From positions 704,001-768,000 of the forward strand of contig CAVRBU010000002.1 in assembly GCA_963719315.1 (NCBI GenBank): DNA of 64,000 bases, in the 5' to 3' direction. A program made the position numbers and the translations under genes. The number at the start of each line of letters is the position of its first letter. Positions within the stretch are counted from its first letter, which is position 1. This DNA comes from an uncultured Planctomycetota bacterium. GTDB taxonomy: Bacteria > Planctomycetota > Planctomycetia > Pirellulales > Lacipirellulaceae. Below the pieces are notes generated by a model. It was not told where the DNA came from. It saw only the letters and a program-made list of their open reading frames with translations, and did not search any database. Positions 9,695-21,249 of the stretch are shown here, one piece after another.

Positions 9695-11147
9695 ATGGAT
9701 TTATTGCCAATAACTCTTGTTGCAGGAGAAATCACGCTGATCGTTGGGGCGTGTGCGTGGATACTGTTTAGTTGGTGCCGGCATCGCCGCTTTAGCTTGC
9801 GCGCACTACTCTCCGCAACGGCGCTGGTTGCATTCACACTGTTCGTAATTGTTTATCACGCTATTCCACTAGCGAGTCAACGCCTCGCGATACGTCAAAT
9901 CCGCGCTGCGGGCGGCGAGATAACTTTTCGCGAAGAATTGGAGGACAACTCTCGACAAGTGAAAGTCCGTCGCGTATTTGCCGATACAGATCAGCAGGCT
10001 TTTGTCGTCGCGCAAGAGTTGGAGCGGCTTCCCCAATTCAAGAGCGTCGTTCTATCTGCCTTTGTTACTGATGCAGGAGTGCAAGCTATTTGTGAAACCC
10101 GCCGACCACTCTCTCTTGAAGCACTTCATCTGCAAAGTGATCGCATTTCGAGCTCGGGCCTGAGGCACCTGGCGAAGCTGCAAAGACTCGAATCCTTGCA
10201 TTGTGTGACAACGACTCTCATCAATGTTGCTGGAATCACTCATCTAAAGGACGTGCCAGGCTTGAAACGCTTATGTCTCGTGGATAGCTGGAAGCTCAAG
10301 GGTTCCAAGCCATTATTTAGCCTCGAATCGTTTGCAGAAATCGGTGCGATCGAACAACTAACGCTGCTCGATTTGCGGTACGACGGCAGAGAACCTCTCT
10401 ACATCTCCGACACTGCCCTGAGTCACTTGCATCGCCTTAAGCAACTGAAAACGTTATGGCTCAGACAATGCCGAGTGTCGGACGAGGCTGTCGCCGATCT
10501 GCGCGGCGTTACCCGATTGCAAGATCATCGTTTCGCCCATCGTGTTTATGGAGCCGAAGCTTTTTGGCGGGAAGTTTCATCCCGAGTTCGAGCCCCCGAG
10601 TACAAACTGGTTAGCGACACGAGTCACGGACGTCGACACGCCGTGGACATTGCGGATGCAGGCTGCTGCCGCGCTCGGTCGGACACCAGCCGGTGAGCTC
10701 GGTCCGCACTTGCCAGCGTTCTTAAACGCGCTCCTTCATGAACAAGAGCAACCATTGATCTCACAGCTTGCGAATGTCATCCAGAGAGCGGGGCCTGAGC
10801 AGATTCCGGCAGTAACGGCCGCGATTGATCGCGCACAATCCGACCTCGCCCGCCGCGAGTTGCTCCGCGCACTCTCGCAAATGGGCAATGAAGGGCAAAA
10901 AACATTCGCCAACTTAATGCAGTCCACTCCAGAGTACCGACAACTATACAGCGACCGCTTGCCGGAGGGCCCAAAACCTCCGTCTAATTCTCCGCGTGGG
11001 CCGCCTCCCTTGGAACAAAAGGCGCCCGCAAAACAGAGCCAAATCAATCCCATGATCGAGTACCGCTACAACATTCTACGGGGCGGCCCACCGCGCGAGG
11101 AAGCAAGGGGCCAGAACGGCAAACGTCAACTTGAGAGCGCCCGATGA
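9695..11147 (+). CDS. Membrane-anchored leucine-rich-repeat protein with C-terminal HEAT-like helical region; apparent frameshift near 10503
   Basis: RRFSLRALL + TM; LRR units (ISSSGLRHLAKLQRLESL, ISDTALSHLHRLKQLKTLWL); alternate frame continues ALPDCKII (typical LRR cap) into ORF 10542..11147. Confidence 0.7.
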
Positions 11148-11179
11148 AATAGCCACGGCGGTCTGCTAAACTGGCCTCC

Positions 11180-12799
11180 ATGTTGGCCAAGCTTCATACC
11201 TTTTCCCTATTGGGCATCGACGCCTTACCCGTCGAGGTGGAGGTTGATGTTTCTCCGGGCGCGATTCCCAAAACCATCCTCGTCGGCTTGCCCGAGCAGG
11301 CCGTGAAAGAGAGCACGCACCGCATCGAGCGGGCGATGGTCAACAGCGGGTTCGTGCGGCCGCAGGACCGCGTGGTCATCAACTTGGCGCCGGCCGAACT
11401 TCCAAAAAGCGCGGGATCATTTGATCTGCCCATCGCCGTCGGCATCCTCGCCGGCAGTGGCCAGTTCAAGTCCGAGCTATTCGGCGAATACGCCATCGTC
11501 GGCGAGCTCGCACTCGATGGCAGCACACGGCCGGTGAAGGGCGCACTCTCGATGGCGATGGCGGCAGCGGCGAGAAGCGAGGAGCGAGGAGCAAAGAGCG
11601 GGGAGCAAGTAAATGCAAAAAATCGAAACTCCGTGCTCCCTGCTCCAAGCTCCATGCTTAAGCTCCGCGGCATCATCGTCCCCAGCGCGAACGCGAGCGA
11701 AGCCGCCGTCGTCGAAGGACTCGACGTGATCGCCGTCGATAGCCTCTCGCAAACGATCGCGTTTCTCGCTGGCCAACTCGATATCGAACCAACCCCTTCG
11801 CGGCTCAACGAGTTGTTTCAAGAACTTTCGCACTACGACGAGGACTTCGCCGATGTCCGCGGCCAAGAAATGGCCAAGCGGGCCGTCACGATCGCCGCCG
11901 CCGGCGGGCATAATCTCCTCATGGTCGGTCCCCCCGGCTCCGGAAAGACCATGTTGGCCAAACGTGTGCCAACGATCCTGCCCGTGCTATCGGCTGAGGA
12001 GTCGGTCGAGACAACGCGCATCTACAGCGCCGTGGGCCGACTGCCGGCCGGCCAGCCGCTGCTGGCGCGTCGGCCGTTTCGGGCACCGCACCACACGATC
12101 TCCAACGCCGGCCTCGTGGGGGGCGGCTCGACGCCCACGCCGGGCGAAATCAGCCTTGCCCACAACGGCGTCCTGTTCCTCGACGAGCTGCCCGAGTTCA
12201 ATCGCACCACGCTCGAAGTCCTTCGCCAGCCGCTCGAAGACGGCCACGTCACGATCAGCCGGGCGCTGAATTCCACGACGTTTCCCGCCAATTTCGTGTT
12301 GATCGCGTCGCTCAATCCCTGCCCTTGTGGCTATCGCAACGATCCGCGTCGTGAATGCCATTGTAGCGTACCTCAAATCGAGCGGTACATGGCCAAAATC
12401 AGCGGCCCGCTACTCGACCGCATCGACTTGCACATCGAAGTGCCGGCCGTGCCTTTCAAAGAGCTCAGCGCTTCGCAGGGCGGCACGTCGAGCACCGTAA
12501 TGCGCGACCATGTGATGGCCGCCCGGGCCATACAGGAAGCCCGCTTCTTGAACTCGAAAACGCGGCAAAACGCCGAAATGACTACCCGCGAAATCCGGCA
12601 GCATTGCCAGCTCAACGACGCCGGTACGAACCTGTTTCGTTCGAGCATTCAGGAAATGGGCCTCTCGGCCCGAGCCCACGACAAAGTGCTCCGCGTCGCC
12701 CGCACGATCGCCGACCTAGATGGCCGCGGGGAAATCCTGTCCGAGCATGTGAGCGAAGCAGTGAATTACCGCATGCTGGATCGGCAGTTTTGGAGTTAG
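11180..12799 (+). CDS. comM: YifB/ComM family Mg-chelatase-like AAA+ ATPase
   Basis: VVINLAPAELPK, GELALDG, Walker A GPPGSGKT, RAPHHT, GVLFLDELPEF, NPCPCG, KISGPLLDRID. Confidence 0.95.
   Translation: MLAKLHTFSLLGIDALPVEVEVDVSPGAIPKTILVGLPEQAVKESTHRIERAMVNSGFVRPQDRVVINLAPAELPKSAGSFDLPIAVGILAGSGQFKSELFGEYAIVGELALDGSTRPVKGALSMAMAAAARSEERGAKSGEQVNAKNRNSVLPAPSSMLKLRGIIVPSANASEAAVVEGLDVIAVDSLSQTIAFLAGQLDIEPTPSRLNELFQELSHYDEDFADVRGQEMAKRAVTIAAAGGHNLLMVGPPGSGKTMLAKRVPTILPVLSAEESVETTRIYSAVGRLPAGQPLLARRPFRAPHHTISNAGLVGGGSTPTPGEISLAHNGVLFLDELPEFNRTTLEVLRQPLEDGHVTISRALNSTTFPANFVLIASLNPCPCGYRNDPRRECHCSVPQIERYMAKISGPLLDRIDLHIEVPAVPFKELSASQGGTSSTVMRDHVMAARAIQEARFLNSKTRQNAEMTTREIRQHCQLNDAGTNLFRSSIQEMGLSARAHDKVLRVARTIADLDGRGEILSEHVSEAVNYRMLDRQFWS
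11570..11666. repeat. 7-mer periodic inverted repeat (GCGAGGA-like left arm, GCTCCnn right arm) inside comM/yifB
   Basis: gcgagaa gcgagga gcgagga gcaaaga gcgggga ... actccgt gctccct gctccaa gctccat. Confidence 0.8.
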
Positions 12800-12940
12800 T
12801 GCGAGGCCCCCTCCTATTGGGATTCTGTCGCCCAGCATTTTATGAGTGGTTCGCATCGACGTGCTACAATCTGCTTGGGCAGGGCACGGGGTTTGCTCCC
12901 GCAACGGAACCCGGGGCTGCGGACCAAAGAGGAGGATGAA

Positions 12941-14581
12941 ATGCGTACCTTGGGATTCTGCGCGATTGCAGCGGCGGCGGCGCTTTTATTCGCGCCAGGA
13001 AGCATGCACGCCGCAATTTCCGGTCTCACCCGCGTCGCCAGCGGATTGTCGAATCCCATCTTCGTCACTCACGCCCCCGGCGACCGCTCGCGATTGTTCA
13101 TCGCCCAGCGCGGTGGCGCCATTCGCATACTTAATCTAGATACGGGGATGCTCGAAACGACGCCATTCCTGACCATGTCGGGCGTCAGTACGGATAACGA
13201 AGGTGGGTTCCTCGGTCTCGCCTTTCACCCGGATTACTTTAACGAGGGCATGCCTGGCTTTGGTAAGTTCTACGTCAATGTCACGACAAACAGCACCACG
13301 GTCACTCACATCCGTGAATTCGAGGTTTTGGTGGGTAATCCCAACTTGGCAGATTCTGGTTCGCTCCGAGAAATCCTCAGCTTCTCGCAGCCGCAAACCA
13401 ATCACGACGGCGGCTGGATCGGATTCAGTCCCAACGACAACTTCCTATACGTCGCGACAGGCGACGGCGGCGGCAGCGACGATAACGACGCTGGCCACAC
13501 GGCCGGCACGGGTAATGGGCAGGACATCACGAACAATTTGCTCGGCAAAATGCTGCGGATCGATCCAACCGGCGACGACTTTCTAGCAGACACTGGCCGC
13601 AACTATGCGATTCCCCCAGCCAATCCTTTCAAAGCAGGCGTTGGCGATCCGGCGGACGACATCGGCGACGACGAAATTTGGGCGTATGGCCTGCGCAACC
13701 CATTCCGCGACAGCTTCGACCGCGTAACAGGTGACTTGTGGATCGGCGACGTCGGTCAGGGCGCCCGCGAGGAGATCGACTTTCAACGGGCTTCCAGCAC
13801 GGGAGGCGAGAATTATGGTTGGCGGCTCCGCGAAGGGACCATCGCTACTCCCAGCGGCGGCGTCGGCGGGACCTGCACGGGGTGCATTGAACCCGTTTAC
13901 GATTATGCACGACCTCTCGCCAATCCGAATAACGATCCGGCCATCGACGAAATAAATAAGTATCGCGGCACGGTGGTTACCGGCGGGTACGTCTATCGCG
14001 GCCCCGATCCTTCGCTGCAAGGCAAGTACTTTTTCTTGGATTCGCGGAACACTGGTGGAACAAGCGATGATAACTATTGGATGTTCGACCCGGCTAACCC
14101 GTACGGTTCCGTCACGAACATTAATGCAATGTTAGTCCCCAATACCGGCTCGGTTCAATTCCCCGATTCATTTGGCGAGGACGTTGTTGGCAATTTGTAC
14201 ATCGCGTATCTCAATAGCGGTGAGGTGTACCGGATTGCAACGAATCAACTGTTGGCCGGCGATTACAACGCCGATGGTGAAGTCGATATGGCGGATTACG
14301 ATCTATGGCGCGAGTCGTTCGGCGGGGCGCTGGCCAATCCGCCGGCCGAAGGAAATGGCAACGGAATCGCCGACGCGGCCGACTACGTGATTTGGCGCAA
14401 GAACTTGGGCGCATCGGTACACGACGGAATCGGCGGCGGTGGGGCGTCGGTGCCGGAGCCATCTACTGTAGTGTTTCTCTTCCAGTTGCTTGTACTGGGG
14501 TTGATGAACGGCGTTGTTCGCGGCCGTTCGACGTACGACGCATTCCAAAAAGCGCAACGCAGCGGTAATTCAAACGCATGA
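12941..14581 (+). CDS. PQQ-dependent sugar dehydrogenase (GSDH family) with dockerin-like repeat and PEP-CTERM
   Basis: GAGGA upstream of ATG; EGGFLGLAFHPD, NHDGGWIGF, GKMLRID, IWAYGLRNP, GDVGQGAREEID, SFGED; GDYNADG repeat; VPEP + TM. Confidence 0.92.
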   Translation: MRTLGFCAIAAAAALLFAPGSMHAAISGLTRVASGLSNPIFVTHAPGDRSRLFIAQRGGAIRILNLDTGMLETTPFLTMSGVSTDNEGGFLGLAFHPDYFNEGMPGFGKFYVNVTTNSTTVTHIREFEVLVGNPNLADSGSLREILSFSQPQTNHDGGWIGFSPNDNFLYVATGDGGGSDDNDAGHTAGTGNGQDITNNLLGKMLRIDPTGDDFLADTGRNYAIPPANPFKAGVGDPADDIGDDEIWAYGLRNPFRDSFDRVTGDLWIGDVGQGAREEIDFQRASSTGGENYGWRLREGTIATPSGGVGGTCTGCIEPVYDYARPLANPNNDPAIDEINKYRGTVVTGGYVYRGPDPSLQGKYFFLDSRNTGGTSDDNYWMFDPANPYGSVTNINAMLVPNTGSVQFPDSFGEDVVGNLYIAYLNSGEVYRIATNQLLAGDYNADGEVDMADYDLWRESFGGALANPPAEGNGNGIADAADYVIWRKNLGASVHDGIGGGGASVPEPSTVVFLFQLLVLGLMNGVVRGRSTYDAFQKAQRSGNSNA

Positions 14582-14842
14582 GGGTTCGACAGGCGATCGC
14601 CACCTTTGCCTGCTTAAGTCGTCCTTTCCCTGTGCTGCGGACTGCCGATGAAGCAGCGTCCTAATGCGTGAAAACACGGCTCTCGAGCATTTTTTGGGTT
14701 GTTCGCGCCTGGGCCCAAGTGTAGGGTAGGGCTGATTAGCGCGTGGCCTCATATTGGCGCCTCCGCGTTTCTCTTTGTCAGGAGACTCTTCGCCGAACAG
14801 TATCGCGGCACGGCACCACAATTCAGCCCTTGGGAAAACGTC

Positions 14843-17800
14843 ATGCGTCAAACTCTCGTTTGCCCGACCCGTCAATTCTTGCGTACGGTCGCGATTACTT
14901 CGATTGCGCTGCTTTTCATGGCACCGGCCGCACGGGCGGTCGACTTCGAGTGGGACGGTGGTGGTGGCGCTGATAATCGCTGGACGACTGCTGCCAACTG
15001 GAACCAAGTCGTTCCCCCTAACGCCTTAAACAACATTATTTTGACTGGGTCGTCCGCCGCCGGACCGATCACCATCGACGTCGACGGTTCCCAGACGATC
15101 AACCGCATCGATCACAACGGCGCCAACGGCAACTACACCTTCGGTGATACCGTCGGCGCGGATTCCATCACGATATTTGTCGCTACCAGCAACGCGCTGG
15201 CGAATCTAACCCAGGGCAGCGACCTCATCGTCAATTCCAACATTCTATTGAACCAGGGGAGCTCCGTGCTGCGGTTCAACAGCGGCAACGCTGGCGACAA
15301 CAGCGGGCATATCGTCGTTAACGGCAACGTCAGCCCCTCGGCTGCCGCGGCCGGCGCGATCTCTTTGTCGCTCACGTCCAACAACAAATCGACTGGCCCG
15401 TGGGTCACCGTGAACGGCGTCATCGCCGACGGTCCCGGCGCGACGATCGGCCTGATCGCCGGAGTAGAGGTAGCACAGAGCGAGGCCGTCACGGCGGATC
15501 ATGCCGGTGAGGTTTCCGTGACCGGGCTCAACACGTTCACCGGGTCGGTGCGGATCACGGGCGGGAAGCTGATCTTCGACTCGATCGAAAATATCGAGCA
15601 GCCCCGATCCCAACGCGCTGGGCATGCCCAGCACCGGCAACGAGACGATCGTCATGGGCGACCTCAATATCTCGTCGGGCACACTTAAGTACGTCGGCAC
15701 CAGCACCGCGAGCAACACGAGCAACCGCCCGATCCAAATCGTCGACATCAACACCTCGGCCACGATCGACGCGTCCGGCACAGTTCCGTTGGTACTCAGC
15801 GGCGGGATCAACCCCATCACCAGCAGCACCACCACGCGAACCCTGAACTTGGCGGGCAGCAACACAGGCAACAACACGATCAGCGGCGTGATCCAGCCCG
15901 CGGCAGGCTCCGGCGTGCTGAACATCAACAAGAACGGCGCCGGCAAATGGATTCTCAGCGGCATCAATAACCAGCTCGATGGGTCAATCGCGATCAACGG
16001 GGGTGAATTGGTCGTCACCAACCAGATCGGAAGCGGCTTTAGCGACAGTTTGTTGGGCCCGTTGACCATCGGCAGCGCTGGCACGTTCACCCTCGACGGT
16101 GGCAGCGCGTACGTCAGGGGTTTCAACAACTCCAGTGGTGGAACCTTCAATTTCAAGTCGGGACACTTGCAGATCCTTGGAAACACGTCACCCGGCGGCG
16201 CCGGCTCCATGATCATCGGCACGGATGGAATTGGAACGCTGGATTGTTACTTCGGCGACCAAACCTACGGAGACGTCACGCTCCATGACTCTAATGACGG
16301 TATAGGTTTGTCGCTCTCTGGGACATACACCTTCGACAATCTTGACAATTCGGCGGGCGGTCATGTAGGTACGACTAACACCAACACGAACTTGAAAATC
16401 AATACCGGAGGGACGTTTACCGACCGGGTCGACTCCGGCTTGTCGCAGTTTCGCCCCCGCATCCAGGGTGGGGGCGGTTTTACCAAACAGGGCGCCGGGA
16501 CGCTCATGTTTGACGGCGCCAACGCTCATACCTACACCGGCGACACGCGGATCGAAGGAGGCACGCTCCTTGTCACCACCTCCGATATGCCGACCGTGCC
16601 GACGTATATCGCGGCCGGTGCCGAGCTCGACTTGACCAGCGCAGTGGCCGGCGACGAAGTTGGTAGGCTGACAGGCACGGGAATGGTCATTACCCCAACT
16701 TCTACTACGTTCGCCGTCAACTTCAGCGGGGCCGACGGCGACTTCGCCGGCTCGATTACCGGTACTGGCAACTTCAACAAACGCGGCTCAGGCAAGCAAA
16801 TCCTTAGCGGCCCGAACACGTACACCGGTCCCACTGCACTCGAACTCAACGGCGGCACGTTAGAAATCGCACCGGGAGGATCGATCATCGGCACGAGCGG
16901 CATCACTTACAATATTTCCACGCTCGCCGTTACCGGCGGCACAATCGACACCCCAGGGAGCATCCGGCCGGTCTCCAGTTCTGTGAATTCGGTACTCAGC
17001 ATTACAGGCGGGTTGGTCAAGGCGAACGCCATCGACCGCACCATCAATTCGCAGTATCTGAACACCTTCACATGGACTGGCGGCACGGTACGCCTGCTGA
17101 CCGCAACGGCGATCAATGGCAGCACGACCACCGCCATCAACCGACCCTTCGGCGGTTCACTAACCTTGGACGACGACATGACGCTCGTGATCGACGACGC
17201 GTTGTCGGTGACAAATACTGGTGTGCTGAACATCAACGGCGGGTCGGTCCTTGCCGACACCATCGTGACGGGCGGGAATATCAACTTCAATTCCGGCACC
17301 ATGCGCATGCGCAACGATCAATCGTTCGACGCGGCGCGGCTTGCCGCGCTCGATATCGACGCACCTCTCGGCGCCGGGCGGAATTTGATTGTCGATGGCA
17401 TGGCCGCAGTCAGCGCTCCGCTCACGCTCGCAGGCGGTTCGTTCTCCGCCGGAACGATCGTCAACCCGGAAAACCTCGTGCTCGGCAGCGGCACGCTGAA
17501 CGTCACGAATAGCGATCTGGCAATTTCCGCCGCGACCACCGTCGATTCCACAACCGGCATGACGATCGACGTATCGAGCGGCGGCTTGGCGAATGCCGGG
17601 CAGTTCAATGCCACCGGCGCGACCGCCACGTTTGCCGCCGCATCGACCAATGCCGCCGCGGCGGAGATCAACGCCATCAATTCCAACTTGACGTTTACTG
17701 GCGGGCTGACCAACGATGGCACGTTAAATCTGATCAATTCTTCTGTAAGCGGCGCATTCAGTAACCAGGCGGCCGCCAATCTCGCCGGCCTCAACACGTT

Positions 17801-18458
17801 CACCGGCGATGTCAGCGGCGGCGGCAACTTCGGCGGAAGCGGCACAGCCGTGTTTGAGGGTTCCTACAGCCCCGGCGCCAGCCCGGCCGAAATCGACTTC
17901 GGCGGCAACGTCTCGCTGGCCGACACCAACACGCTGTTCATCGAGATCGGCGGCCTCGTGTCCGGCAGTCAGTACGACCGGTTAACGATCGCCGGCAACG
18001 CCGCACTCGATGGCCTCGTGGATGTGTCGCTCATCAACGGCTTCACACCCACGCCGGGTCAACAGTTCACCGTGCTCACGGCGGGCAGCATCAACAATAG
18101 TGGCCTCGCGCTCGGCGGCGCGTTGGCCAGTTCCTTTAGCTTGATCGTCGACAGCACAAGCGTAATTCTTCAGGCCATCGCCCCCGGCCTCGCCGGCGAC
18201 TACAACCACAACGGCACGGTCGACGCAGCCGACTATGTCGTCTGGCGCAAGGGCCTGGGAACCACTTATACCCAGGCCGACTACGACACTTGGCGGATGC
18301 ACTTTGGCCAAACGGCCGGCAGCGGCGCCGGCGGAGCGACGCTTGGTGCGGCCGTGCCGGAACTCAGCACATCGGCGTACCTGCTGGAACTAGCTGCCTC
18401 ATTGTTTGCAGTCGCTTGGTTTCGCCGTTGCCCGCGACTGGCTACAATTGTTGCGTGA
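14843..18458 (+). CDS. Large autotransporter-associated beta-strand repeat surface protein with dockerin-like repeat and PEP-CTERM-like tail; apparent frameshift near 15597
   Basis: Signal peptide at ATG 14843; repeats [80 protein letters not shown] + TM; two ORFs join near 15597. Confidence 0.85.
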
Positions 18459-19949
18459 CCAAGTCATGCAATCCATCACGGCGGCCACGCCAGTTCGGCT
18501 TCACGGCGACATGGAGCCTGGCGGTCGTACTAGCGACAAGTTTTGCGACCGTGCCGATCGACGGCGCTGTGGCCGCCGAGGTCGGCAGGCCGCCCAACGT
18601 CGTATTCATCCTGGCAGATGACTTGGGTTACGGCGACCTGGGTTGCTACGGCCAAAAAATCATCCACACGCCGCGGCTCGATCGGATGGCCGCCGAGGGC
18701 CTGCGGTTCACGCAATTCTACGCCGGCTCCACCGTTTGCGCCGGCCCGGTGCGTGCTGATGACGGGTTTGCATACCGGCCACGCCCGCGTGCGCGGCAAC
18801 GGCGGTCAAGCGATCACCTCGCTTACCAATAAGGATGTAACGGTAGCCGAGCTTATGAGGCAGGCAGGTTACGCCACCGCCCTATGCGGCAAATGGGGGC
18901 TCGGCGCGGCAATTCCGGACAATCAAGGGCTGCCGAACGACCAGGGCTTTGACTTGTTTTTCGGCTACTTGAGCCAAACTCAAGCCCACAATTATTACCC
19001 GGACTTTCTGTGGCGCAACAAAGAACGTGTGGCTCTTCAAAACGTGCTGAAGGGCAGCCCCAACGCGCTACAGGCGATATCGACGAAAAAAGTTCAGTAC
19101 AGTCCCGACCTGGTGCGCGACGAAGCCATCCAATTCGTCAAGCAACACCGCGATCAACCGTTCTTCTTGTATTGGGCGACGACGATCCCGCATGCGAACA
19201 ACGAGGCCAGGGCCGCCACCGGCGACGGAATGGAAGTTCCAGACTATGGCACGTACGTCGATCGCCCGTGGCCCAACCCCGACAAAGGCCAGGCCGCGAT
19301 GATTACCAGGCTCGACGCCGATGTCGGCAAACTTCTCGACACGCTCCGCGAACTGGGCATCGACGATAACACGCTTGTAATGTTCACCAGCGACAACGGC
19401 CCGCACCACGAAGGCGGCCAGAACACCGAACGCTTCGACCCGAACGGCCCGCTCCGCGGCTTCAAGCGCGACCTCTACGAAGGCGGCATCCGCGTGCCCC
19501 TCATCGCCCGCTGGCCCGGCACAATCGCGGCCGGCGGCACTTCGGACCATATCAGTTACTTTGGCGATGCGTTCGCAACCCTCGCCGAATTGACGCAACA
19601 ACCCATTCCACAACATCTCGATTCCATCAGCATGCTGCCCACGCTCACCGGCAAAACTGCCGAGCAGCGACAACACGATTATATGTACTGGGAGTTCTAC
19701 GAACAGGGCAGCAAGCAGGCTGTGCGCTCACAAAACTGGAAGGCCGTGCGCATACCGATGATCACCGGCAATACCGAGCTCTACGACCTGGCGACCGACA
19801 TCGGCGAAACAACAAACGTGGCCACCGAGCACGCCGACGTCGTCCATCGCCTCGAACAAATGATGACCGAAGCCCACGTGCCTGACCCGAATTGGCCGGT
19901 GGAAAAAACCAAGCTGCAAAGACATAAAGGACACGGAGAAAAGAGGTAG
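18455..19949 (+). CDS. Arylsulfatase (Cys-type); apparent 2-bp deletion in the CxPxR codons near 18740
   Basis: [24 protein letters not shown] in one frame; (A)[26 protein letters not shown] in the next; GTG start overlaps the upstream TGA. Confidence 0.88.
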
Positions 19950-20092
19950 GTATCGCAATCAGTTGCTTTTTGAAACACTTTCCAATCTCGTTTTTCCGTT
20001 GCGACCTTTGTGCCTTCGTGCCTACAATTCGAATAGTTACATTTCCGCACTCGATGCCCGCGCGCGGTCAATTGGGCTTACGGCGCCGATGG

Positions 20093-21196
20093 ATGAACAA
20101 TTCGAAACTGCGGCGGCACATCGCCTGGGAGGCCGCCCGGCTCATGTATTCCCGCCTAGAGTCGGAATACTTTACAGCCAAAAAGAAGGCGGCCCACCAA
20201 ATTTGCAAAGGCTGGGTGAAGCCGGCCGACTTGCCCAGTAACACCGAAATCCGCGACCAGATTCAGCTTTTGGCCCGGATGTTCGAAGGCGACGCTCGCA
20301 CAGATAACCTATTCGCCATGCGCCTAGCCGCGCTTGCCATGATGCGCCGCCTCGAGCCATTTCGCCCGCGACTCATCGGCAGCGTCCTGACCGGCCACAT
20401 CCGGCAAGGCTCCGATATCGACCTGCACGTCTTCTCGGATACGTCTGAAGCAGTGACGCATCTACTCGACAAAGACGGACTCAACTACACGGTTGAACGA
20501 AAACAAGTCCGCAAGCACGGCGAAGAGCGAATCTTCACGCACGTGCATCTAATCGACAACTTTCACTTCGAGCTCACAATTTATTCAACCGACCAGGCCC
20601 ATTTCGTTTTCAAAAGCTCAATCACCGGCAAGGCGATCGAACGAGCCAGCATCGCCGAATTGGAGCAGTTTTTAGAGCGCGAATACCCCGACGTCGACCT
20701 GGCAGCCGCGGCCGAGGAGGCGGCCAACCAGGTCGATCGCTTCCAACTTTTCGAGTCCCTGTTGCTGCCGCTCGAAAACGTCAGGCAGCCGCTCAAATAT
20801 CACCCCGAAAGCGACGCGCTCTACCACAGCCTGCAAGTCTTCGACCACGCCCGTGACCACCTCGCCTACGACGAAGAATTCTTAACCGCCGCCCTGCTCC
20901 ACGATGTCGGCAAGGCCATCGACCCCGCCAACCACGAAGCGGCCGCTCTCGAAGCGCTCGACGGCTTCATCAGCGAGCGCACGGCCTGGCTCATAGAACA
21001 CCACATGCTGGCCCACCAACTCGCCGACGGCACACTCGGCGCCCGCGCACGCCGGCGGCTCGTGCAATCCGAGCACTACGACGACCTGGTACTCCTAGGC
21101 GACTGCGACCGCGCGGGCCGGCAGCCCGGCGCCGAAACGCCGGAGTTAGAAGAAGCACTCAGCTACCTGCGAGAGCTGGAGCAAATGTTCGGCTAA
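20093..21196 (+). CDS. Pol-beta-like nucleotidyltransferase fused to an HD phosphohydrolase domain
   Basis: LIGSVLTG....SDIDLHVF (GS..DxD); YHPESDALYH, ALLHDVGK, IEHHM, DCDRAGR. Confidence 0.85.
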   Translation: MNNSKLRRHIAWEAARLMYSRLESEYFTAKKKAAHQICKGWVKPADLPSNTEIRDQIQLLARMFEGDARTDNLFAMRLAALAMMRRLEPFRPRLIGSVLTGHIRQGSDIDLHVFSDTSEAVTHLLDKDGLNYTVERKQVRKHGEERIFTHVHLIDNFHFELTIYSTDQAHFVFKSSITGKAIERASIAELEQFLEREYPDVDLAAAAEEAANQVDRFQLFESLLLPLENVRQPLKYHPESDALYHSLQVFDHARDHLAYDEEFLTAALLHDVGKAIDPANHEAAALEALDGFISERTAWLIEHHMLAHQLADGTLGARARRRLVQSEHYDDLVLLGDCDRAGRQPGAETPELEEALSYLRELEQMFG

Positions 21197-21249
21197 AGCG
21201 CATGATCAATGACTAGGAACGAGCGCTGGACTAAGGCGACGACCGCGAA

